From NCBI GenBank assembly GCA_002269645.1, contig NIVC01003120.1, forward strand, positions 1 to 49,060: a DNA stretch of 49,060 nucleotides, given 5' to 3'. The position numbers and the translations under genes were made by a program. Below, one piece after another: positions 9,863 to 21,700 of this stretch; positions within the stretch are counted from its first letter, which is position 1, and every line of letters starts with the position of its first letter. The DNA is from Macrostomum lignano (taxonomy: Eukaryota). The notes under the pieces are model-generated. The model ran no database searches. It saw nothing but the letters and a program-made list of their open reading frames with translations, and was not told where the DNA came from.

Positions 9863-12800
9863 CATGCAGTTCGGGTGGCACCTCTTGTTGTTCACCCGGC
9901 AGCGGCAGCCGCCAGAGGTGTCACCCTGGCCGCCGGGTCCCCAGCGCGGGCCGCGGGTGGCCCAGCAGATCTCGGTGCGGCACACGGAGCACATCAGCCA
10001 GTCGCAGCCTTCGCGCTTGGAGAGAAACACCTGGCATTTGGGGCACTTCATGGCCTCTCCGGACTGCAGCATGTCCTGCACGATTCGGGAGTGACATTGG
10101 GAAACCAGTTGCAGTTAGTCTGCTATCCTATAAACTTTACACATGGTGTCACTCAATCAGTCAGTGTCACTCAATCAGCCAAGGCTGTCACTCCATCAGC
10201 CAAGGCTGTCACTCCATCAGCCAAGGCTGTCACTCCATCAGCCAAGGCTGTCACTCAATCAGCCAATAGTGTCAATCAATCAGCCAATAGTGTCAATCAA
10301 TCAGCCAATAGTGTCACTCAATCAGCCAATAGTGTCAATCAATCAGCCAATAGTGTCACTCAATCAGCCAATAGTGTCACTTAATCAGCCAAGGTGTCAC
10401 TCAATCAGCCAAGGTGTCACTCAATCAGCCAAGGTGTCACTCAATCAGCCAAGGTGTCACTCAATCAGCCAAGGCTGTCATTCCATCAGCCAAGGCTGTC
10501 ACTCAATCAGCCAAGGCTGTCACTCAATCAGCCAATAGTGTCATTCCATCAGCCAAGGCTGTCACTCAATCAGCCAAGGCTGTCACTCAATCAGCCAAGG
10601 TGTCACTCAATCAGCCAATAGTGTCAATCAATCAGCCAATAGTGTCAATCAATCAGCCAATAGTGTCACTCAATCAGCCAATAGTGTCACTTAATCAGCC
10701 AAGGTGTCACTCAATCAGCCAAGGTGTCACTCAATCAGCCAAGGCTGTCATTCCATCAGCCAAGGCTGTCACTCAATCAGCCAAGGCTCTCACTCAATCA
10801 GCCAATAGTGTCATTCCATCAGCCAAGGCTGTCACTCAATCAGCCAAGGCTGTCACTCAATCAGCCAATAGTGTCACTCAATCAGCCAATAGTGTCACTC
10901 AATCAGCCAAGGCTGTCACTCAATCAGCCAAGGCTGTCACTCAATCAGCCAATAGTGTCATTCCATCAGCCAAGGCTGTCACTCAATCAGCCAAGGCTGT
11001 CACTCAATCAGCCAATAGTGTCACTCAATCAGCCAATAGTATCACTCAATCAGCCAAGGCTGTCACTCAATCAGCCAAGGCTGTCACTCAATCAGCCAAG
11101 GCTGTCACTCAATCAGCCAAGGCTGTCACTCAATCAGCCAAGGTGTCACTCAATCAGCCAAGGTGTCACTCAATCAGCCAAGGCTGTCACTCAATCACTC
11201 ACCTCCAGTTTCTGCAGTCCCAGCTTGGCATTCTCGTCGTTCTCAGCGCGCCTGCGCAGGTCGTCCTGGTATTGCTGGCAGGTGAGGTCCTTGTGGGAGG
11301 CCCTGCAGGTGACGCAGTTGTGCTCCTGGCACACCTCGCACTCAAACTCGTTAACATTGTCCACCAGTTCAACGAATGCCTCGCAGTTTGGCGTCACGCA
11401 GTGGAAGGCGTTGGTGATGACGGCCTCGGCCTGGCGGAGCCCCAGCCGCTGCAGCCTGGCCAGCTGCTCATCGGTGAGCAGCTCCTTGAGCTCGGCCTCG
11501 GTGACAGTCTGCTGGCACGGCTCGCACGGGCAGATGACGGGCAGCCGGTCGGAGTTGAGCGCGTGGTCCCTCAGGCAGTTCTCGCAGACCTCGTGGCCGC
11601 ACTCGCGCAGCCGCAGGCCCCGGATGCCGTCGCCGTCGTCATCGTCGCCGCCAACGTCGCAGAGGCAGATCGGGCACTCGAAGCCCTGCTGCGCCGGCAC
11701 GGGGATCAGCGAGCCCTGCGTCAGGTTCATGAGCTCGCGGAAGTTGCGCTCGCGCTCCCGCTCGGTCTGCAGATTGCGCAACAGGGGGGGGGGCAGTTCT
11801 GATTGATGAGGATTCCGGCTTCTCACCGTGCGACTGCCCGCAGGTGTACTTTAGGCCCAACCCCAGTGCCGCATTAATGTAAACTAAGCCAGCGGGCTTC
11901 CAGTCTTTCCTGCCCTTCAGGCACACTTTCGGCATTTAAATAGCGGTCACTGTGTCCCTGGAAATTCACTCTTGTCACTGTGTTCCTGGAAAGTCACTCC
12001 GTCACTGTGTCTCTGGAAAGTCACTCCGTCACTGTGTCTCTGGAAAGTCACTCCGTCACTGTGTCTCTGGAAAGTCACTCCGTCACTGTGTCTCTGGAAA
12101 GTCACTCCGTCACTGTGTCTCTGGAAATTCACTCCATCACTGTTTCTCTGGAAAGTCACTCCATCACTGTGTCCCTGGAAATTCACTCCCTCACTGTGTC
12201 TCTGGAAAGTCACTCTTGTCACTGTGTCTCTGGAAAGTCACTCCGTCACTATGTCTCTGTAAATTCACTCCCTCACTGTGTCCCTGGAAAGTCACTCCGT
12301 CACGTGTGTGGAAAGTCACTCTGTCACGTGTGTGGAAAGTCACTCCGTCACTGTGTCTCTGGAAAGTCGCTCCGAGCGTATTCCGAGAGGTCAATCAGCA
12401 AGATTCCTGGTAACGGTGCAATATTGGAAATTCACACCATCAGTCCAACTGATAAAGGCAAATTTGAGAAGTCAGCCAGCCTGCTTAGATCTGTGCAGTC
12501 AGCCGTTCATTGTCAAATAATAAATTAATGCCTGTGAAGAATAGCAGAGGTTTCGTATTAGGTATTTTTTGAGAGAAAAATTTCTTAGACCAAAAAAATC
12601 TGTTTTATATTTCACGGATTACCAAACGTGTCTGAACTTTGTGCTAGGAAATTAGGCAGCTATTGGCCAAGTGGGGACAATATCCACTTTGGAGAGTAAT
12701 AAAAACACTGGATAACCGCATGGCAAGCAAAGAAAATGATAAGAGATAATAGCAAAAAGATTCGAAAAAAGTGTACACGAATTACAGTTACAGAGGCAGA

Positions 12801-15800
12801 TTTACAGAAACAGAAACAGGGGATCTCAGCGCTATCAGGACACCGGTGAACAGGTGATCTCAGATGTCAGGACACCGGTGAACAGGTGATCTCAGATATC
12901 AGGACACCGGTGAATAGGTGATCTCAGATGTCAGGACACCGGTGAACAGTTGATCTTAGATATGAGGATACCGGTAAACAAGTGATGTCAGATATGAGGA
13001 CACCGGTGAACAGGTGATGTCAGATATCAGGACACCGGTGAACAGGTGATCTCAGATATCAGGACAACGGTGAATAGGTGATCTCAGATATGAGGATACC
13101 GGTGAATAGGTGATTTCAGATATCAGGACACCGGTGAAAAGGTGATCTCAGATATGAGGATACCGGTGAATAGGTGATTTCAGATATCAGGACACCGGTG
13201 AACAGGTGATCTCAGATATCAGGACAACGGTGAATAGGTGATCTCAGATATGAGGATACCGGTGAATAGGTGATTTCAGATATCAGGACACCGGTGAATA
13301 GGTGATCTCAGATATGAGGACACCGGTGAACAAGTGATATTAGATATGAGGACACCGGTGAACAGGTGACCTCAGATATCAGGACACAGGTGAATAGGTA
13401 ATCGCAGATATCAGGACACCGGTGAACAGGGGATCTCAGCGCTATCAGGACACCGGTGACAGGTGATCGCAGATATCAGGACACCAGTGACAGGTGATAT
13501 CAGATATTAAGATACCGGTGAACAGGTGATCTCAGATATCAGAACACCTGTAAACAGGTGATCTCAGATATCAGAACACCGGTGACAGGGAATCGGAACG
13601 CATCTTAGGGCATATTGTCACAGTGCTATCACAATGCCATTTGTAAAAGAAGTTCAATAAGATTCCAATGAGGTAGTGGAACACTATGGGTCAGCAGCTT
13701 CGCGAGGTTCATCCGCCTTGTTCTCTTCATCATCCGAGTCGCTGCTGCTGGAATCCGCGGCGGCGGCGGTCATCGGGTTTCTCAGAGCCCGGCGTCTCAA
13801 TGTAGCTCTCTGTGGGATCGGTTGCGCTGGTCTGAGGACTTGGCCCCGCATTTGCCTTGCTTAAAAAAACATTTCCACTTTTTAAAAGCGCATGTACAAA
13901 ACAGTGCAGTTCTGCCGCTCGGCTCTCAGCTTAGTCGCGGAGCTCGATCGCTGATTGGCTGTCAATCTAGCTTTTCAGGCTTCTGATTGGCTGCTTGGGT
14001 CACTACCCCTGCCCCAGGTAATCTAACCCTGCCCCAGCTAATCTACCCCTGCCACAGCTAATCTACCCCTGCCACAGCTAATCTACCCCTGCCACAGCTA
14101 ATCTATCCCTGCCACAGCTAATTTACCCCTGCCACAGCTAATCTACCCCTGCCACAGCTATTCTACCCCTGCCACAGCTAATCAACCCTTGCCACAGCAA
14201 TTCTACCCCTGCCACAGCAATTCTACCCCTGCCACAGCTATTCTACCCCTGCCCCAGCTAATCTACCCCTGCCACAGCTATTCTACCCCTGTCCCAGCTA
14301 ATCTACCCCTGCCACAGCAATTCTACCCCTGCCACAGCTAATCTACCCCTGCCACAGCTATTCTACCCCTGCCACAGCTAATCTACCCCTGCCGCAGCTA
14401 TTCTACCCCTGCCACAGCTAATCTACCCCTGCCACAGCTAATCTACCCCTGCCACAGCTATTCTACCCCTGCCCCAGCTAATCTACCCCTGCCACAGCAA
14501 TTCTACCCCTGCCACAGCTAATCCACCCCTGCCACAGCTATTCTACCCCTGTCCCAGCTAATCTACCCCTGCCACAGCAATTCTACCCCTGCCACAGCTA
14601 TTCTACCCCTGCCACAGCTAATCTACCCCTGCCACAGCTATTCTACTCCTGCCACAGCTATTCTACCCCTGCCCCAGCTATTCTACCCTTGCCCCGGCTT
14701 AAAAATTGTTCACCTGCAGCAAGAAATCAGCCCCTAGAACAGTCAGGCAAAGCAGGGACTCGCAACTCACGAATTTAAGAAATTCGCCGTGCAGCTTCAG
14801 CTGCCGCTGCTCCTCTTCTGCCTGCAGCTCCGCCGGCACCTCGTAGTCGGGCGGCCGCGCCCCACCGCACATCTGGCAGCCGGGCCGCACCGGCTCGTTG
14901 CGGAAGGTGCACTGGGGACAGCTCCAGCCCGGCTGCGGGGCGGAGAGGGCGGAGAAGGCGACGGTAACGTGACGCATTAAAGGATGCAAATTCTGAGATG
15001 ATGGCACACATTAAAGGATTCTAAAATGGCGGCACACATCAAATGATTCTTCTAAAATGGCGGCACAGATCAAAGGATTCTAAAATGGCGGCACATATCA
15101 AATGATTCTAAAATCGCGCACACAAAAAAGGATTCTAAAATTGCGGCACACATCAAAGGATGCAAATCGAGATAGCGGCACGCATCAAAGGATGCGACGA
15201 ATCGAGATGGCGGCACACATCAAAGGGTGCAAATCGAGACGGCGGCACACATCAAAGAATCCTGAATGGTGACATGCATCAAATCATACAAATCGAGATG
15301 GCGGCACACTTCAAAGGATGCAAATCGAGACGGCGGCACACTTCAAAGGATGCAAATCGAGATGGCGGCACACATCAAAGGATGTAAATCGAGACGGCGG
15401 CACACATCAAAGAATCCTGAAATGGTGACATGCATCAAATCATACAAATCGAGATGGCGGCACACTTCAAAGGATGCAAATCGAGACGGCGGCACACTTC
15501 AAAGGATGCAAATCGAGATGACGGCACACATCAAAGGATGTAAATCGAGACGGCGGCACACATCAAAGAATCCTGAAATGGTGACATGCATCAAATCATA
15601 CAAATCGAGATGGCGGCACACTTCAAAGGATGCAAATCGAGACGGCGGCACACATCAAAGAATCCTGAATGGTGACATGCATCAAATCATACAAATCGAG
15701 ATGGCGGCACACTTCAAAGGATGCAAATCGAGATGGCGGCACACTTCAAAGGATGCAAATCGAGATGACGGCACACATCAAAGGATGCAAATCGAGATGG

Positions 15801-17702
15801 CGGCACACATCAAAGGATGCAAATCGAGATGGCGGCACACTTCAAAGGATGCAAATCGAGATGACGGCACACATCAAAGGATGCAAATCGAGATGACGGC
15901 ACACATCAAAGGATGCAAATCGAGATGGTGGCACACATCAAAGGATGCAAATCGAGATGGCGGCACACTTCAAAGGATGCAAATCGAGATGGTGGCACAC
16001 TTCAAAGGATGCAAATCGAGATGACGGCACACATCAAAGAATCCTGAATGGTGACATGCATCAAATCATGCAAATCGAGATGGCGGCACACTTCAAAGGA
16101 TGCAAATCGAGATGACGGCACACATCAAAGGATGCAAATCGAGATGGCGGCACACATCAAAGGATGCAAATCGAGATGGCGGCACACTTCAAAGGATGCA
16201 AATCGAGATGACGGCACACATCAAAGGATGCAAATCGAGATGGCGGCACACTTCAAAGGATGCAAATCGAGATGACGGCACACATCAAAGGATGCAAATC
16301 GAGATGACGGCACACATCAAAGGATGCAAATCGAGATGGTGGCACACATCAAAGGATGCAAATCGAGATGGCGGCACACTTCAAAGGATGCAAATCGAGA
16401 TGACGGCACACATCAAAGGATGCAAATCGAGATGGTGGCACACTTCAAAGGATGCAAATCGAGATGGCGGCACACTTCAAAGGATGCAAATCGAGATGAC
16501 GGCACACATCAAAGGATGCAAATCGAGATGGTGGCACACATCAAAGGATGCAAATCGAGATGGCGGCATACATTAAAGGATGTGAATTCTGAGAGTTAAT
16601 GAAGTGAGCTATTTGAGTCACTCACTTCTTCTTCAACCTCAGGCTGCTGCGGCTGCGACGGCCCTACAGATCCTGCAGAGCCTTCATCGTATTCGGAATC
16701 CTCCCGGCGGATGACCTGCCGGTCCCGCTCGGCCCGTACAGCCGCCTTCAGCTGCTCGAGGTGATCCTTCTTTGGTGGCCAGTGCTCAGGATTCGATGTA
16801 ACCAGGTAGGTCAGCACCTGAGAGATTGGGGAATAAACAGATTTGGCATGCTCCAGGTCCACTTTGAGGACAAACACTCCGCATCATCATGGGATCGCAT
16901 ACTGAGCATCATGGGATCACACACTGAGCATCATCATGGGATCACACACATCAGCATCATCATGGGATCACACACACCAGCATCATCATGAGAACACACA
17001 TCAGCATCATCATGGGATCACACAGCCAGCATCATCATGGGATCACACAGCCAGCATCATCATGGGATCACACAGCCAGCATCATCATGGGATCAGTCAG
17101 CCAGCATCATCATGGGATCACACAGCCAGCATCATCATGGGATCACACAGCCAGCATCATCATGGGATCACACAGCCAGCATCATCATGGGATCACACAG
17201 CCAGCATCATCATGGGATCACACAGCCAGCATCATCATGGGATCACACAGCCAGCATCATCATGGGATCAGTCAGCTTTAGCAGTTCCGCAGTCCCCAAC
17301 CTTGAGCTCCTTAGTCTTGGTGAGCTCATCAAAAATCCTCTCATTGCCCAGCAGCTGGCCATCAGCCATGCACCGCTGAATCGCGGGCGGCAGGCCGAAA
17401 ACCAACAGCGTCTCGTCCTTCAGGTCGGCGATGCAGGCGGTCCGCGGCATGACGAGGCGCAGCGGGCCGCAGGAGCGAGAGCCACCAGCCTGCAGCGTCA
17501 GCGACACCAGCAGGCTCTCCTCAGGCAGGGCGCCACCGGAGGAGGTCGCGGCGCCCTCGGGTTCGGCGTAGGCGCGCAGGCTGAACAGCCGGGAGTTGGC
17601 GAGCTCCGCCGCCAGGCGCTGCGCCTTGTCTACGTTGCGCTCCGACAGAGCGGCGTTGAAGCTCTCAGAGAGGCGCCGGACACCGGCGGGCACCGTCGAC
17701 AT
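9851..17702 (-). CDS. RBCK1: HOIL-1L/RBCK1-like RBR E3 ligase (LTM-UBL-NZF-RING1-IBR-RING2), LUBAC subunit
   Basis: Exons (minus, all phase 0): 17702-17301, 16817-16626, 14932-14771 (3' boundary slightly uncertain), 11766-11203, 10075-9851. [27 protein letters not shown]; [17 protein letters not shown]...VLTYLV; [23 protein letters not shown]; RING1 [13 protein letters not shown]; [21 protein letters not shown]; RING2 [42 protein letters not shown], the diagnostic HOIL-1 C-terminus with the catalytic Cys intact. Confidence 0.95.
10145..11200. repeat. 20-21-bp minisatellite (GTCACTCAATCAGCCAAGGCT) in last RBCK1 intron
   Basis: Tandem periodicity. Confidence 0.96.
11945..12370. repeat. 27-bp minisatellite (GTCACTGTGTCTCTGGAAAGTCACTCC)
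   Basis: Tandem periodicity; 9-aa repeating translations. Confidence 0.95.
12825..13590. repeat. ~32-bp minisatellite (CAGGACACCGGTGAACAGGTGATCTCAGATAT)
   Basis: Tandem periodicity. Confidence 0.95.
14000..14698. repeat. 20-bp minisatellite (CTACCCCTGCCACAGCTAAT)
   Basis: Column-aligned 20-nt periodicity. Confidence 0.97.
14975..16585. repeat. ~32-bp minisatellite (AAAGGATGCAAATCGAGATGGCGGCACACATC)
   Basis: Tandem periodicity with interspersed variant units. Confidence 0.96.
16880..17275. repeat. 25-bp minisatellite (CATCATCATGGGATCACACAGCCAG)
   Basis: Tandem periodicity. Confidence 0.95.
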
Positions 17703-17774
17703 GGCGAGGCGGAGATCAGCATGCAATAAATGCGGTTTTCCTGCTGCATTCTGACCTGCTTCTCGTTTTGGAGC

Positions 17775-19110
17775 AGTTCTCAGGATTTCTGGGCGGTCTT
17801 GGGGTTTCTGGGCGGTTCTCAGGGTTTTTTTGGCGGTTCTCAGGGTTTTTTGGCGGTTCTCAGGGGGGTTCTCAGGGCGGTTCTCGGGGTTTCTTGGCGG
17901 TTCTCAGCGTTTCTTGGCGGTTCTCAGGGTTTCTTGGTGGTTTTCAGGGTTTCTTAGTGGTTCTCAGGGTTTCTTGGTGGTTCTCAGGGTTTCTTGGTGG
18001 TTCTCAGGGTTTCTTGGTGGTTCTCAGGGTTTCTTGGTGGTTCTCAGGGTTTCTGGGCGGTTCTCAGGGTTTCTGGGCGGTTCTCAGGGTTTCTTGGTGG
18101 TTCTCAGGGTTTCTTGGCGGTTCTCAGGGTTTCTTGGTGGTTCTCAGGGTTTCTTGGTGGTTCTCAGGGTTTCTGGGCGGTTCTCGGGGTGGTTTCTGAG
18201 TGATTCTCAGGGTGGTTTCTGAGTGATTCTCAGGGTGGTTTCTGAGTGATTCTCAGGGTGGTTTCTGAGTGATTCTCAGGGTGGTTTCTGAGTGATTCTC
18301 AGGGTGGTTTCTGAGTGATTCTCAGGGTGGTTTCTGAGTGATTCTCAGGGTGGTTTCTGAGTGATTCTCAGGGTGGTTTCTGAGTGATTCTCAGGGTGGT
18401 TTCTGAGTGATTCTCAGGGTGGTTTCTGAGTGATTCTCAGGGTGGTTTCTGAGTGATTCTCAGGGTGGTTTCTGAGTGATTCTCAGAGTGGTTTCTTATT
18501 GATTCTCAGGGTGGTTTCTGAGTGATTCTCAGGGTGGTTTCTGAGTGATTCTCAGGGTGGTTTCTGAGTGATTCTCAGGGTGGTTTCTGAGTGATTCTCA
18601 GGGTGGTTTCTGAGTGATTCTCAGAGTGGTTTCTTATTGATTCTCAGGGTGGTTTCTGAGTGATTCTCAGGGTGGTTTCTGAGTGATTCTCAGGGTGGTT
18701 TCTGAGTGATTCTCAGGGTGGTTTCTGAGTGATTCTCAGGGTGGTTTCTGAGTGATTCTCAGGGTGGTTTCTGAGTGATTCTCAGGGTGGTTTCTTATTG
18801 ATTCTCAGGGTGGTTTCTGAGTGATTCTCAGGGTGGTTTCTGAGTGATTCTCAGAGTGGTTTCTTATTGATTCTCAGGGTGGTTTCTGAGTGATTCTCAG
18901 GGTGGTTTCTGAGTGATTCTCAGGGTGGTTTCTGAGTGATTCTCAGGGTGGTTTCTGAGTGATTCTCAGGGTGGTTTCTGAGTGATTCTCAGAGTGGTTT
19001 CTTATTGATTCTCAGGGTGGTTTCTGAGTGATTCTCAGGGTGGTTTCTGAGTGATTCTCAGGGTGGTTTCTGAGTGATTCTCAGGGTGGTTTCTGAGTGA
19101 TTCTCAGGGT
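17775..19110. repeat. Compound array: 20-bp TTCTCAGGGTTTCTTGGTGG (to ~18185), then 23-bp TTCTCAGGGTGGTTTCTGAGTGA
   Basis: Tandem periodicity with an abrupt unit switch. Confidence 0.96.
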
Positions 19111-19449
19111 GGACAAAATAAAAAGTATGCCGTTTTTAGCTTTGTTAGTTATAAAAGATTATGTATATAAAATTTATTTACTACACTGGATGTGCGATGC
19201 AACATTGTTTAAAGTAGGTTACCTTAACCTCAATAAAATATCTGGCTAAAATAGCACGAGCAAGGCGATAAAAAACGCGATGAGATTTGGACTGTCAGAT
19301 GACACGAAATCATGTTCAAGGATGTTATTTATGGATGAATAGATCAAAACACCAGCGCACCTTTCTACCTGGCATTCAATAATTGGGGAGGCTGTGCATA
19401 CGGCTGCTGTTATAGGCGAACAGGCGTTACAGTAACAGCTTATTCTGTC

Positions 19450-20210
19450 AAGCAGGTGTTACAGGGGTTATGTCTAACAGGTGTTACAGGGGTTATATCT
19501 AACAGGTGTTACAGAGTTTCTGGGAGATGTGTCTAACAGGTGTTACAGGGGTTATATCTAACAGGTGTTACAGAGTTTCTGGGAGATGTGTCTAACAGGT
19601 GTTACAGGGGTTATATCTAACAAGTGTTACAGAGTTTCTGGGAGATGTGTCTAACAGGTGTTACAGGGGTTATATCTAACAGGTGTTACAGAGTTTCTGG
19701 GAGATGTGTCTAACAGGTGTTACAGGGGTTATATCTAACAGGTGTTACAGAGTTTCTAGGAGATGTGTCCAACAGGTGTTACAGAGTTTCTAGGAGATGT
19801 GTCTAACAGGTGTTACAGAGTTTCTAGGAGATGTGTCTAACAGGTGTTACAGAGTTTCTGGCAGATGTGTCTAACAGGTGTTACAGAGTTTCTGGCAGAT
19901 GTGTATAACAGGTGTTACAGAGTTTCTGGTAGATGTGTCTAACAGGTGTTACAGAGTTTCTGGCAGATGTGTCTAACAGGTGTCACAGAGTTCCTGGCAG
20001 ATGTGTTTAACAGGTGTTACAGAGTTTCTAGGAGATGTGTCTAACAGGTGTTACAGAGTTTCTGGCAGATGTGTCTAACAGGTGTTACAGAGTTTCTGGC
20101 AGATGTGTCTAACAGGTGTTACAGAGTTTCTGGCAGATGTGTCTAACAGGTGTTACAGAGTTTCTGGCAGATGTGTCTAACAGGTGTTACAGAGGCATTC
20201 TGTCTAACTG
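19450..20210. repeat. ~34-bp minisatellite (TCTAACAGGTGTTACAGAGTTTCTGGCAGATGTG)
   Basis: Tandem periodicity. Confidence 0.95.
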
Positions 20211-20489
20211 GTACAAAAGCGGCACCAGAGCAGCGTCCATCTGCTAAAATTTTTGAAAATAATAATAAAAAACTAGGAAATAAGAAAAATAAGAAATTGT
20301 AATTATTTACACTACAAATCAAGCATTAAAAATGGCAAATCGCAGAGGTGAAAAAAATCAAAGTGAATAAGAACTGGAATTGCGAATCGCAGTTGACAAG
20401 CGGCTGTTCCTCGTGTGCCATCAGTCCTGCAATTTCAGGTGGGACAACACAAATATGATAAATTACTCTGAGTCCGAGACTTCGAATGG

Positions 20490-21690
20490 ACTAGCAATCC
20501 ACTGTGACTAGACTAGCAATCCACTGAGACTAGACTAGCAATCCACTGTGACTAGACTAGCAATCCACTGTGACTAGACTAGCAATCCACTGAGACTAGA
20601 CTAGCAATCCACTGTGACTAGACTAGCAATCCACTGTGACTAGACTAGCAATCCACTGAGACTAGACTAGCAATCCACTGAGACTAGACTAGCAATCCAC
20701 TGTGACTAGACTAGCAATCCACTGTGACTAGACTAGCAATCCACTGTGAATAGACTAGCAATCCACTGTGAATAGACTAGCAATCCACTGTGACTAGACT
20801 AGCAATCCACTGTGACTAGACTAGCAATCCACTATGACTAGACTAGCAATCCACTGTGACTAGACTAGCAATCCACTGTGAATAGACTAGCAATCCACTG
20901 TGACTAGACTAGCAATCCACTGTGAATAGACTAGCAATCCACTGTGACTAGACTAGCAATCCACTGTGAATAGACTAGCAATCCACTATGACTAGACTAG
21001 CAATCCACTGTGACTAGACTAGCAATCCACTGTGAATAGACTAGCAATCCACTGTGACTAGACTAGCAATCCACTGTGAATAGACTAGCAATCCACTGTG
21101 AATAGACTAGCAATCCACTGTGAATAGACTAGCAATCCACTATGACTAGACTAGCAATCCACTGTGAATAGACTAGCATTCCTCTGTGAATAGACTAGCA
21201 ATCCACTGTGACTAGACTAGCAATCCACTGTGAATAGACTAGCAATCCACTGTGAATAGACTAGCAATCCACTGTGAATAGACTAGCAATCCACTGTGAC
21301 TAGACTAGCAATCCACTGTGAATAGACTAGCAATCCACTGTGAATAGACTAGCAATCCACTGTGAATAGACTAGCAATCCACTATGACTAGACTAGCAAT
21401 CCACTGTGAATAGACTAGCAATCCACTGTGACTAGACTAGCAATCCACTGTGACTAGACTAGCAATCCACTGTGAATAGACTAGCAATCCACTGTGACTA
21501 GACTAGCAATCCACTGTGACTAGACTAGCAATCCACTGTGAATAGACTAGCATTCCTCTGTGAATAGACTAGCAATCCACTATGACTAGACTAGCAATCC
21601 ACTGTGACTAGACTAGCAATCCACTGAGACTAGACTAGCAATCCACTGTGAATAAACTAGCAATCCACTGTGACTAGACTAGCAATCCAC
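20490..21690. repeat. 22-bp minisatellite (GACTAGACTAGCAATCCACTGT)
   Basis: Tandem periodicity. Confidence 0.97.
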
Positions 21691-21700
21691 TATCACTCAC

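Noticed and set aside
10414-11806. 462-aa and 360-aa plus-strand ORFs
   Set aside because: Minisatellite translation fused to the antisense of the GC-rich RBCK1 RING/IBR exon.
15160-18222. Multiple repetitive ORFs ([13 protein letters not shown]…, [10 protein letters not shown]…, LVVLRVSWWFSG…)
   Set aside because: Peptide period equals the repeat unit read through three frames; intronic or intergenic minisatellites.
19369-19406. Small AG…GT-bounded candidate exon between the SHARPIN-like gene and RBCK1
   Set aside because: 38 nt, not frame-preserving, and no recognisable homology.
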